This document shows, one piece after another, positions 9,002 through 18,520 of a stretch of DNA of 64,000 nt. Each line of letters starts with the position of its first letter. The stretch's first letter is position 1. The notes beneath the pieces were generated by a model that saw nothing but the letters and a program-made list of their open reading frames with translations, had not been told where the DNA came from and made no database searches. A program made the translations under genes and the position numbers. The stretch is from Pseudomonadota bacterium (GTDB lineage: Bacteria; Pseudomonadota; Gammaproteobacteria; Burkholderiales; Gallionellaceae): the NCBI GenBank assembly GCA_021783995.1, contig JAJXTH010000005.1, forward strand, positions 12,592-76,591. The letters are read 5' to 3'.

Positions 9002-11698
9002 CTAGCTTTTGCGTGCCAGAAGCGCGTTGTCGATGTCATTCAACAAATTATCCAGATCGCGTTTCATTTTTTCGAGCAATGCTGGCACATCGCCCAACTC
9101 GCCATTCTTGAGATTCTTTTCAAGCATGCCAGCCTGGCTTTGCAATTCTTCTGCCCCCAGACTACCGGTTATGCCTTTTAGCGTATGCGCCTGCCTTTCT
9201 GCAGTTTTCAAATCATTGGTGGACAGGGATGCGCGAATCTCCTCAACAATGTGCCTGTGATTCGTCCTGAACATGTCCAGCAGCGAGTAATACAAATTCA
9301 CATTCCCGCCGATGCGGCGCAAACTCTCCACCACCCTGACGCCCGGCAAATCAGGAGGCGCATCCGGCTGCACGCTCTTTATCTCTTCCTGCTTGAGTGT
9401 GGCTGGATGTGCCGTGTGCACCCATTTCGCAAGCGTTGTGATCAACTGATCCGGGTCGATCGGCTTGCCTATGTGGTCGTTCATCCCCGCAGCCAGAAAT
9501 TGATTCTGTTCGCTGATGAACACATTGGCTGTCAGCGCAATGATGGGCAACTGGGAAAATCTTGCATCCTTGCGGATTTCTCGCGTTGCGCTGATGCCAT
9601 CCATCACGGGCATCTGTATATCCATCAGCACGGCGTCGAACTGCTGATCCTTGAGCCAGGTAATCGCTTCCTCACCGTTTTCGGCAACCTTCACCGTGAT
9701 GCCAAAGCTTTCCAGCAGCTCCTTGGCTATCTGCTGGTTGATCTCGTTGTCTTCGACCAGCAGCATATTCGCGCCGCGTACCTGGGAGACAAGCTCCATG
9801 TTGAAGCGTGCGCCCAGAGTGCGGAATTTTCCGGTCACGGATCTGTCTTTTCCGGAAATCCTTGAGATGGCGTCGAGCAGATCGTTTTTGCCATAAGGTC
9901 TTGCGAGCAAGCCGTCCACCATCTTTTCATCCAGAGGCGCCGAGATGCCATTCGGCTCATGACCCGTGATCAACAATAATCGAGGCTTGATGCCCAGCAT
10001 GGTCATGGCCTGCAATTCTCGCGACACTTCAGGTTCATCCAGCCCCGGCAGATTCGAGTCCAGGATAGTCAGTGAAACAGGGCGCGCTTCCTTGTTTGCG
10101 TGTTGCACGAGGTTCAGTACATCGTGCATATCCCTGGCTACGGTTACGTCAAACCGGAATGACTTCAGATGGCTGATCAGCACTTCGCTCCCGCCTGCAA
10201 CAAGGACGCGCATGCCGCGCATGCCGGTATGCTCAGCTATGCTGGGTTGCTTTTCCGGCTTCTGGAAACGGGCGGTAAAGATGAATTTCGAGCCCAGGTC
10301 AGGCGCGCTTTCCACCCAGATTTTACCTTCCATTTTCTCGACGAGGCGCTTGCTGATCGTAAGCCCCAGACCGGTACCTCCAAATTTCCGGGTGATGCTG
10401 GTATCGGCCTGTGTGAATGGCTTGAAGAGTCTGTCTATCTCATGCTGTGTGAGCCCTATGCCTGTGTCCTTCACGGTAAAGCGCAAGATCACGTAGTTTG
10501 GTTCATCCTTTTCCAGCGCAGCGCGCACCATCACCTCGCCCTGCTGGGTGAATTTGACGGCATTGCCTGCCAGATTGATCAGCACCTGGCCCAGGCGCAG
10601 CGGATCTCCTGTCAGAATTGGGGGGACGTCGTCAGCCGTATCAAGAAGGAATCCGAGATTCTTCTCCTGGCATTTTGCACCCAGTATCGTTGAAAGGTTA
10701 TCCATGACCTCATGGAGCTCGAAAGGTATCCTGTCCAGCTCCATCTTCCCGGCCTCGATTTTGGATACATCCAGGATGTCGTTGAGTATCCCCAGTAGCG
10801 ATTTGGCCGAGCTGTGTATCTTCTGCAGATAGTCATGCTGCTTGCCTGAAAGCTCGGTCTGCAGACAAAGATGGCTCAGACCTATCACCGCATTCATCGG
10901 CGTGCGAAGCTCATGGCTCATGTTGGCTAGGAATTCATCCTTGATATGGCTCGCCGCCTCGGCATGGCTCCGCGCTTCCTCTGCAGATTTCAGCTTTGCA
11001 ATTTCATTCTCGAGTTCGGCATTGACGCGTTCAAGCATCCTGTTGCGATTCTCGATCACTTCCTCAAGCGCCACGATACCGCGATTGACAAGCAGCGTCA
11101 GCATGCCGATGACAAGCAGCATGATTGCACCTATGATCGCCCCCGACCCTTGCGCCCTTTCGGATCTGCTGATCGCCTTTCTGATGGTTTCCTGAAACTC
11201 CTTTTCTGCAACTTCCCGGTAGGTTGCCGCATCTCGTGTATAGGAATCCCTCATGATGCGCATCTTCTGCAACTGCTGGGCACTTGGCAGGTTGTTCCGG
11301 ACCGTCATTCTTTGCGCGATGTCAAAAGCCAGAGAATAAAAATTGCTGAAACCGGATTTCAGTTTCTCGATTTCGCTGGTATGCGCCGGATAGATCTGCT
11401 CCATTTTCTGGTAGCGCTCGAGAATTTCGGCTGCCTTTGATTTCGATGCCTCGAGATAGTCCACTTCTCCCGTGGCTGCAGCTGTGTTCAGGGATTCCAC
11501 CACGCCTTCGAAGCTCTTCAGGTTTTCGCCTGCCGCATAGAGGATGGGAAATTCAATTTCGCGAATCTCCTTGAGAAGCTGATTTCCTCCCGACAGCACC
11601 AGCGATGAATAGATCAGGTATGCGACAAAGCACAGCACTGCAATCGAGGGAACCAGCAGCAACTTCAGTGTCAACGGGTAATTGCGGAATTTGCTCAT
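9002..11698 (-). CDS. Unorthodox hybrid sensor histidine kinase (periplasmic helical sensor, HisKA, HATPase, degenerate receiver, receiver, HPt)
   Basis: 898 aa. Two TM segments bracket a ~160-aa periplasmic region. Motifs: H-box SHELRTPMN, N/G boxes (NLAGNAVKF, DTGIGL, GGTGLGL), receiver LLVEDNEINQ...DAVLMDIQMPVMDG, and C-terminal HPt HTLKGITGSLGA. Confidence 0.88.
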   Translation of the reverse strand: MSKFRNYPLTLKLLLVPSIAVLCFVAYLIYSSLVLSGGNQLLKEIREIEFPILYAAGENLKSFEGVVESLNTAAATGEVDYLEASKSKAAEILERYQKMEQIYPAHTSEIEKLKSGFSNFYSLAFDIAQRMTVRNNLPSAQQLQKMRIMRDSYTRDAATYREVAEKEFQETIRKAISRSERAQGSGAIIGAIMLLVIGMLTLLVNRGIVALEEVIENRNRMLERVNAELENEIAKLKSAEEARSHAEAASHIKDEFLANMSHELRTPMNAVIGLSHLCLQTELSGKQHDYLQKIHSSAKSLLGILNDILDVSKIEAGKMELDRIPFELHEVMDNLSTILGAKCQEKNLGFLLDTADDVPPILTGDPLRLGQVLINLAGNAVKFTQQGEVMVRAALEKDEPNYVILRFTVKDTGIGLTQHEIDRLFKPFTQADTSITRKFGGTGLGLTISKRLVEKMEGKIWVESAPDLGSKFIFTARFQKPEKQPSIAEHTGMRGMRVLVAGGSEVLISHLKSFRFDVTVARDMHDVLNLVQHANKEARPVSLTILDSNLPGLDEPEVSRELQAMTMLGIKPRLLLITGHEPNGISAPLDEKMVDGLLARPYGKNDLLDAISRISGKDRSVTGKFRTLGARFNMELVSQVRGANMLLVEDNEINQQIAKELLESFGITVKVAENGEEAITWLKDQQFDAVLMDIQMPVMDGISATREIRKDARFSQLPIIALTANVFISEQNQFLAAGMNDHIGKPIDPDQLITTLAKWVHTAHPATLKQEEIKSVQPDAPPDLPGVRVVESLRRIGGNVNLYYSLLDMFRTNHRHIVEEIRASLSTNDLKTAERQAHTLKGITGSLGAEELQSQAGMLEKNLKNGELGDVPALLEKMKRDLDNLLNDIDNALLARKS

Positions 11699-11705
11699 CG
11701 CAGTC

Positions 11706-12164
11706 TCAAGGTTTCAGAACTGCCTTGACGCTGTGGTTCAATGCGCTGCTGTCTATGTAGCCTATCGCACCGGGGTTTTCCGAAATGGTCCTGACGACTT
11801 CCTTGTCGCCTTTGACAAGCTTGGGCGGGCGGCCTTCCCCGGTGAATATGATTTTTGCCCAGTATGCGGCCAGCTGAGAGGCATCCTTGTGCACCACCTT
11901 TTCATAAAACTCGTCCCTGACAGCAGCCCCCTGCGGCTGATCGATCGGATAGGCCGGATCGTGATTCGGAAAGGCCGTGCTCTTGCCCAGAAAAATCCTG
12001 GTGACCTGGTCGGCCGACAGGCTCGCGATGGGACTCTTTGCTGAAACGATCACCACCACGTCCGACCTGGCGGCCTGCGAGAGAAACAGCAAGGCCAGCG
12101 TCAGTCCCCATTTGATCAACTTGCTATGCAGCATGTGCAGACTCACCATGGGGCTAGAACACAA
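11706..12164 (-). CDS. Small secreted PstS/PBP-like protein (half-size periplasmic binding-protein fold)
   Basis: Contains a signal-like segment LIKWGLTLALLFLSQAARS. This is followed by VVVIVSAKSPIASLSADQVTRIFLGK...GAIGYID, resembling one lobe of phosphate-type binding proteins. The start is uncertain: ATG 12134 would remove the overlap with the porin gene. Confidence 0.55.
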   Translation of the reverse strand: MCSSPMVSLHMLHSKLIKWGLTLALLFLSQAARSDVVVIVSAKSPIASLSADQVTRIFLGKSTAFPNHDPAYPIDQPQGAAVRDEFYEKVVHKDASQLAAYWAKIIFTGEGRPPKLVKGDKEVVRTISENPGAIGYIDSSALNHSVKAVLKP

Positions 12165-13290
12165 AATCGACGACCGCGGAGATCACGTGAAAAGTCTTTC
12201 CGGACAGGCTGACGTTGTCCGGTATGTTGACCAGATAGCCGGTTGAGTTGTTGCCCAGCTTGATATTTACATACTGCAGCTTCAAATCGAGATTCTTCAT
12301 GAAGTCCCAGCGCACGCCCACGCTGTTGGATTTCTGCGCCATGTTCATGTAGGGAAGCGAACTGTCATAGGCGGCTGCTGCGCTGCTCTGGCTGTGCATA
12401 ATATATGGCGTGTATTGGTTGATGCGGTATCCAACGCTTGCATACATCGCATTCGTCTTGTACTGGGTGCGGTCCTGCAGCCATTCGGACTTGAAGAACC
12501 AGCTTCCCGGATCATAGCTGAAACCTGCTGAAAGATCGCTGGCTTCCAGCCATCCCGGATACAGACCTGCAATTTCCGATTGCGTGGATGTGCTGCGCTG
12601 CTGATAGCCAAGATGAAATGTGGCCTGTCCGTAATCGAGATTGTCGAATATCCCGCGTATGTTTTTCGAATCGACTATGCCCACAGAGGTTTCCGTGGTG
12701 TTCTGACCTGCGATCAGTTTCACCGTGTTTTCGGCTTCACCCAATGTTGAATGAAAAGCCGCGTTCACGCCGTCCACGCTTGTGATCGGCATCTGCTGGT
12801 AAAGCTCGAACGGCGTGTGCACCCATACAAAGCTGTAGCCTACATCGTGGTTTTCCGAGTCGAGAAAAGTCGGCAGCGCGAAGCGCCCCACCTTGATGTC
12901 CAGATCCGGAGTCAAGGAATATTTGACGTTCGCCCATTCGACTTCCGGCCTGTAATTGCCGTTGGAATTGTATTCCGAGATCACCTGAAAGATCGCGGTC
13001 AGGTCAGGCGTGAAGGTCGCATTCACGTGTGCTGCGATCAGGCTGTTGTCGCTAGTCGAGAGATAGTTGCTGCGGCCTGCGCCATAAGGCATGGGCGCAT
13101 CCAGCGCGAAATCAGCGGAATTCAGACTGGCATGCGTGGCCCCCAGCGTGCCATAGCTGCCGAATTCGAACATCGTCTGGTCTGTTACCGCTGAGACATC
13201 TGCATTGTCCTGCGCATTCTGATCCGCCTTCGCGGCTGAAGTGCCTGCACTCATTGCTAGAAGCAGCGCAAGGCAATATTTTTTCTGCAT
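12154..13290 (-). CDS. Outer-membrane porin (beta-barrel)
   Basis: Signal peptide MQKKYCLALLLAMSAGTSAAKA from the internal ATG at 13290; the track start 13404 adds 38 non-signal residues. The sequence has an alternating amphipathic strand pattern, is rich in Y/G/N/S/T, and ends with the aromatic terminus VVDFVF. Confidence 0.65.
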   Translation of the reverse strand: MQKKYCLALLLAMSAGTSAAKADQNAQDNADVSAVTDQTMFEFGSYGTLGATHASLNSADFALDAPMPYGAGRSNYLSTSDNSLIAAHVNATFTPDLTAIFQVISEYNSNGNYRPEVEWANVKYSLTPDLDIKVGRFALPTFLDSENHDVGYSFVWVHTPFELYQQMPITSVDGVNAAFHSTLGEAENTVKLIAGQNTTETSVGIVDSKNIRGIFDNLDYGQATFHLGYQQRSTSTQSEIAGLYPGWLEASDLSAGFSYDPGSWFFKSEWLQDRTQYKTNAMYASVGYRINQYTPYIMHSQSSAAAAYDSSLPYMNMAQKSNSVGVRWDFMKNLDLKLQYVNIKLGNNSTGYLVNIPDNVSLSGKTFHVISAVVDFVF

Positions 13291-13477
13291 ACAACCATCC
13301 TCAGGATATATTCTCATGCGTGCCTGTAACGCGCGAGTGGCATCTTCAGTGGACACGGAAAATCCAAGCACCAGGCGCAGCCGCATTTTGTATAATGTTG
13401 CCATTCCACTGGCTGCCGGGCGTGATTTCAGAACTCAGCAGCAGTCTGATCATAGCGCATAATCTAAGGAGAACAAA

Positions 13478-13987
13478 ATGGATGAAGAGACTGCAGCACC
13501 GGCGCGCCCGACCGTGATGGTGGTCGACGATGCGGATGTGAACCTGATGATCATGAAGTCGATTCTTGAAAAAGAGTATGAAGTAAAGCTTTTCAACCAG
13601 GCCAGGGACGCGCTAGAAGATGCGTTTGCAAATCCGCCCGACCTGATACTGCTCGACATCATGATGCCGGAAATCGACGGTTTCGAGGCCTGTCGCCGGC
13701 TCAAGGCCAATCCCAAGCTTCAAGACGTTCCAGTGATCTTCATCACCGCAAAGAACGAAGACGAATACGAGGAGCAGGGATTCTCGATCGGCGCATCCGA
13801 TTTCATCCACAAGCCGATCAACGCACCTATCCTGCTTGCGCGCGTCAGGACACACCTCAAGATAAAACTGGTGATGGATTATCTGAAGAACGAAAATGCC
13901 CGCCTTCAGGAAAACAAGAAGCCTTCTTCACCCGAGCTCCTGAAGGTGGTAAAGCTGCTCTGGGAAAGTCCGTTCATCAAGTTCTAG
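13478..13987 (+). CDS. Stand-alone response-regulator receiver protein with ~45-aa C-terminal extension
   Basis: 169 aa with VMVVDDADVNL...DLILLDIMMPEIDGFE...FITAK...KP receiver signature. No recognisable output domain. Confidence 0.85.
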   Translation: MDEETAAPARPTVMVVDDADVNLMIMKSILEKEYEVKLFNQARDALEDAFANPPDLILLDIMMPEIDGFEACRRLKANPKLQDVPVIFITAKNEDEYEEQGFSIGASDFIHKPINAPILLARVRTHLKIKLVMDYLKNENARLQENKKPSSPELLKVVKLLWESPFIKF

Positions 13988-14114
13988 TTGCGCTGATCTT
14001 TGGCTGCCTGCATGTGGCAGGTAGTCTCACTCTCTGATCGCCCGCACAGATCATTCCGGAATAAAATACAGCACTTCCAGTCTAAGCGGACTCTGCCATC
14101 GCAATGTGCGGCGA

Positions 14115-17100
14115 TCAGTTGTCGAGGAAGTCGTCGCGCTCCTGCGTTTTTCCCTGCTGTAGCCCGCGTTCCTTCTTGCCCAGGAACACCATCTGCAAGG
14201 CGGGTGAAACGACCAGCAACATCACAGGACCGAGCAGCATGCCACCCACGACCACGGTGGCCAGAGGACGCTGCACCTGACTTCCTATTCCGGTTGATAC
14301 TGCCGCCGGCAACAATCCGATGCAGGCGGAAAGTGCGGTCATCAGCATGGGGCGCATACGCTGCTCGGCCGCGCTGAACATGGCTTCCAGGGGTTTCATT
14401 CCGAGGTCTGTCAGCTGGTTGAAGAAGGTGATCACGAGTATGCCGTTCATCACCGAAACGCCGAACAGCGACACGAAGCCGATGGCCGCTGAGATGCTGA
14501 AATCGAGCCCGGTCACGTAAAGCGCGATGATGCCTCCGGCGATCGAGAAGGGAATCGAGGAAAGCACGAGCAGGCTGTCGCGCAGAGAATTGAACAGCGC
14601 ATAGAGCAGCGCCAGAATCAGAAGCAGGGCGACAGGCACAACGACCGCAAGGCGCTTCTTGGCCTGCTGCAGCTCCTCGAACTCGCCTGCCCATTCGATG
14701 CGATAGCCCTGTGGCAGCTTCACCTTCTCGGAAATGCGCTTTTGCGCCTCGGCGACTGTGCTACCCAGATCGCGATTGCGCACGCTGAACTTGATCGGAA
14801 TGAAGCGCTGGTTGCGTTCGTGATAGATGTAGGATGCGCCCGTGTTCAGGGACACCGTCGCGAGTTCGCTCAAGGGTATGTAGGCATTGGTGCCGCTGGC
14901 AGTCTGGTAACCCACCTTGATGTTGCTGATCGCATCTATGTTGTTTCTGTATTCCGGTGCAAGACGGACCGTCAGCGCGAACTGCCTGTCGCCTTCCATC
15001 ACCGTGGTCGCTTGCGTGCCGCCAAGTGCCGCCTGCACGACCGTATTCACATCGCCGGAATTAAGTCCATATCTGGCCGCCTTGGCCCGGTCCACATAGA
15101 TGTTCAAATTAGGCTGGCCCAGCACCCAGAACACACCCAGATCGGTGACGCCATTGATCTGAGCCATCTCCTTCTGCACCTCCTTGGCCAGACGCTCAAG
15201 TGTGGGCAAATCCGGCCCTATGATCTTGACCGAGTTTGCTCCCTTAACGCCGGACAGACCTTCTTCTATGTTGTCCTGTATGTACTGCGAGAAATTGAAT
15301 TCGATTCCGGTGAATTCCTTGGCCAATTCCTGCTGCAATTCCCCGACCAGCTTTTCCTTGGTCATGCCGCTTGGCCAGTCCTCTAAGGGCTTCAACGGAA
15401 CGAAGAACTCCGCATTGCCGAAACTGGAAGCATCGCTGCCGTTGTCCGGGCGTCCATGCTGGGATACGACAGTCACAACTTCGGGATGCTTTTCGATGAT
15501 CTGCCGGATTCTGCTTACCGTCGGCATTCCCGATTCAAGCGAGATGGTCGGAGGCAGCGTAGCGCGTATCCACAGGTTGCCTTCTTCCAGTGCAGGAAGA
15601 AATTCGGTGCCCACTCTCGTCAGCAGCAACAGGGACAATCCCAGGAATGCAGCACCTATCGCCACGGTCCTGCGCTGGTTGGCTAGGGCCCAGGTGAGCA
15701 CAGGTGTATACAGATCCCGCAGCTTCTTGACGACGATGGTTTCGACTTCCTTGGCATGTCTGGGCAGTAGATAGGATGAAAGCACCGGCGTGATCGTGAA
15801 CGTGGCAAGCAGGGCGCCGGCCAGCGCATAGCCATAGGTTCTCGCCATCGGGCCGAAGATCTGTCCTTCCACCCCCTCCATGGTGAACAGGGGCAGGAAG
15901 GCCGCTACCGTGATGATGGTCGAAAACAGGATCGCCTTGTCGATCTGCATCGCGCTGATGAAGATCATGCGCAGGCGGTTGTTCCAGCTGCCGCCTGAAG
16001 TCAGGTCCTTGTCCTTGGTGGTCGCATGGTACTCGATGATGGAGCGGCGCTCGTCCGCATGCTTCTGGAAATTGCGGAATATGTTCTCGACCATGATCAC
16101 CGCAGAATCCACGATGATGCCGAAATCGACCGCGCCCAGCGAAAGCAGGTTGGCCGACTCGCCGGTCAGCACCAACATGATGATGCTGAAAAAAAGCGCG
16201 AATGGGATGTTGGCACCCACGATGATGGCGCTGCGCAAGTCGCCCAGGAAAACCCACTGGATCAGGAACACCAGGATACAGCCGAATATCAGGCTGTGCA
16301 GTACGGTATGGGTTGTCACCGCAACAAGCGTGGAGCGGTCATAGAACGGAACGACCTTTACTCCGGGAGGCAGTGTGCCATCCTTGTTGATCTTGTCTAT
16401 CTCATCCTTGATGCGCTTGACCACACCGTTGGTGTGCAGTGTCCGGTTCATCACGACGATCGCTTCTACCACATCGTCTTCATCATCCCTGCCCGCCTTG
16501 CTGAGCCTCGGTACATTGCCTACGCTTACCTTCGCAACATCCTTCACCAGAACCGGCGTTCCATTTGATTGCGACAGCACGATGTTTTCGATATCGCCTA
16601 TGCGGGTACCCTTGGCCAGATCGAGCGCTCCCCCGTCGTCGATCAGGCCTATGCCCCGAATGTTGACCGACTGCTGGCCGAAGCTGATGGTCCTGCCGCC
16701 CACGTTTACGTTTGCATTGCCAATCGCGCTGACTATCTGTGGCAAAGTGATGTTGTAGGCATCCAGCTTGTGCAGATCCGCTTCAACCTCGAATTCCTTG
16801 GTGGTACCGCCCCAGCTGTTCACTTGAACGACGCCGGGAACAGTCAGCAAACGGCGTTGCAATATCCAGTCCTGGATGGTGCGCAGGTTGGTCAGGCTGT
16901 AGCCTGGAGGACCTGCGACCTGATAGCGGTACACCTCACCCACCAGGCTGGATGCCTGGATTTGCGGCTGGACATTGTTGGGCAGCGATACGTTCTGCTG
17001 CAGGCTGAGTGCCGCCTGGGTATAGGCGGAATAGAAATCGACGCCGTACTTGAACGTCACGCGCACGAACGACAAGCCATAAAAGGATGTGGAGCGGATG

Positions 17101-17342
17101 TTGTCCACTCCGGGGGTGGCGGCTAGCCCCACTTCCATCGGCACTGTGTAATACCGCTCCATCTCTTCGGCAGACTGTCCCGCTGCCTGAGCGGTGATCT
17201 CAAGTATCACGGGGGCGGGATTCGGGTATGCCTCGATGTTGAGCTTCAGGTATGCGACGATGCCGCCGCCTATGAAGACGATGAGGCACAGCAGGATGAT
17301 GGGTCTGCGACTAAGCGCAAACGACAGTAAATGTTTCAGCAT
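14115..17342 (-). CDS. czcA: Heavy-metal efflux RND transporter, CzcA-like (HME family)
   Basis: 1075 aa, 12-TM RND architecture. The TM4 motif VDFGIIVDSAVIMVEN matches the CzcA-type DFG..D..EN signature. Confidence 0.85.
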   Translation of the reverse strand: MLKHLLSFALSRRPIILLCLIVFIGGGIVAYLKLNIEAYPNPAPVILEITAQAAGQSAEEMERYYTVPMEVGLAATPGVDNIRSTSFYGLSFVRVTFKYGVDFYSAYTQAALSLQQNVSLPNNVQPQIQASSLVGEVYRYQVAGPPGYSLTNLRTIQDWILQRRLLTVPGVVQVNSWGGTTKEFEVEADLHKLDAYNITLPQIVSAIGNANVNVGGRTISFGQQSVNIRGIGLIDDGGALDLAKGTRIGDIENIVLSQSNGTPVLVKDVAKVSVGNVPRLSKAGRDDEDDVVEAIVVMNRTLHTNGVVKRIKDEIDKINKDGTLPPGVKVVPFYDRSTLVAVTTHTVLHSLIFGCILVFLIQWVFLGDLRSAIIVGANIPFALFFSIIMLVLTGESANLLSLGAVDFGIIVDSAVIMVENIFRNFQKHADERRSIIEYHATTKDKDLTSGGSWNNRLRMIFISAMQIDKAILFSTIITVAAFLPLFTMEGVEGQIFGPMARTYGYALAGALLATFTITPVLSSYLLPRHAKEVETIVVKKLRDLYTPVLTWALANQRRTVAIGAAFLGLSLLLLTRVGTEFLPALEEGNLWIRATLPPTISLESGMPTVSRIRQIIEKHPEVVTVVSQHGRPDNGSDASSFGNAEFFVPLKPLEDWPSGMTKEKLVGELQQELAKEFTGIEFNFSQYIQDNIEEGLSGVKGANSVKIIGPDLPTLERLAKEVQKEMAQINGVTDLGVFWVLGQPNLNIYVDRAKAARYGLNSGDVNTVVQAALGGTQATTVMEGDRQFALTVRLAPEYRNNIDAISNIKVGYQTASGTNAYIPLSELATVSLNTGASYIYHERNQRFIPIKFSVRNRDLGSTVAEAQKRISEKVKLPQGYRIEWAGEFEELQQAKKRLAVVVPVALLLILALLYALFNSLRDSLLVLSSIPFSIAGGIIALYVTGLDFSISAAIGFVSLFGVSVMNGILVITFFNQLTDLGMKPLEAMFSAAEQRMRPMLMTALSACIGLLPAAVSTGIGSQVQRPLATVVVGGMLLGPVMLLVVSPALQMVFLGKKERGLQQGKTQERDDFLDN

Positions 17343-17359
17343 CTTTTCTCAGCCGCCTC

Positions 17360-18520
17360 TTAACGCGCTTCGGTGATCAGTGTATTGCTCAAAAAGATCG
17401 CCCCTTCGGTGGCGACAAGCTCGCCTGGCTGCAACCCATTCGTGATCTGGAACCATCCGTCCTGTTGCAACCCGACCTTCACGGTGCGTTTTGTGAAGTG
17501 GTGACGGTCTTTGGTGACCCAGACGCTCATCGTTCCATCGCTTTCGCGAGTCACACTATCCAGGGGCACGCCTGGGAACTGCGATTCCTTCCCGAGATGG
17601 ATGCTGAATGTTGCGAACATCCCGGCCTTGAATTCATGATTTGGATCCTTCACCTCCGACCTTACCTGTACCCGATGCGTATTGGGATCCACTGCAGCAC
17701 CTATATTGATTATCCTGCCCTTGAACACGCGGCCAGGAAAGGCCATGACGCTGACTTCGACCTCCTGCCCCGTGGCAATCAGCGGTATGTCGCTTTCCGC
17801 GACGTTGGCCACCATCCACATGCTGGATACATCGGACACGGCAAAGGGGGCAGGCGGATTGCCGGGTTGAACCAGCAATCCGGCAGCGGCATTGCGCGCG
17901 GTCACGAGGCCATTGATCGGACTTCTGATCGTGTAGACGGGATTGGCCGCACGTTTCTCGATGATGCGATCGATCTCGGAATCCTTGATATCGAAGATGC
18001 GCACAGCGTTCTTGGCAGCATTGTATGCGCCGTCTGCCGATTGCTGGTCCGATACCGCCTGCTGATAGTCCTTCTGTGCTATGCCCTGCACTGCAAGCAG
18101 TTTCTTGGCGCGCTCCAGCGCATGTGTGGTCAGCTCGCGCGTGCCGGCCGCAGCGACCAACGCAGATTCTGCTTGCACCAGATCCGGGCTGTTGATCGCA
18201 AAGAGTGGCGTTCCCTTCTCGACTTCATCTCCCGCCTTTGCGAAAACCTCGGTGATCTTTCCCTGATACGGTGAATAGACCTGGACAGTCTTTTCGTCGT
18301 TGAATGCGATGGTTCCTACCGCCTCCCGTTTGGTCACGAAAGCGCGTTCTGCGACTCCTGCGACCTTTACGGATTTCAACTGCAGATCGGTCAGGTCGAT
18401 TCCTTCCTTGGGTGTTTGAGCCTTAAGAGCAGGCTCGCTTGCATGTCCCAGCGTGAGAAAACCCGCGCCAAGCAGCGCGACGGCGGCACCGACTGCTGCT
18501 GCCAACTTCAAATTCTTCAT
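17360..18520 (-). CDS. czcB: RND efflux periplasmic adaptor (membrane fusion protein)
   Basis: 386 aa with a signal/anchor segment and a lipoyl/hairpin/beta-barrel adaptor pattern. It lies between the outer-membrane factor gene and the RND pump gene. Confidence 0.8.
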   Translation of the reverse strand: MKNLKLAAAVGAAVALLGAGFLTLGHASEPALKAQTPKEGIDLTDLQLKSVKVAGVAERAFVTKREAVGTIAFNDEKTVQVYSPYQGKITEVFAKAGDEVEKGTPLFAINSPDLVQAESALVAAAGTRELTTHALERAKKLLAVQGIAQKDYQQAVSDQQSADGAYNAAKNAVRIFDIKDSEIDRIIEKRAANPVYTIRSPINGLVTARNAAAGLLVQPGNPPAPFAVSDVSSMWMVANVAESDIPLIATGQEVEVSVMAFPGRVFKGRIINIGAAVDPNTHRVQVRSEVKDPNHEFKAGMFATFSIHLGKESQFPGVPLDSVTRESDGTMSVWVTKDRHHFTKRTVKVGLQQDGWFQITNGLQPGELVATEGAIFLSNTLITEAR

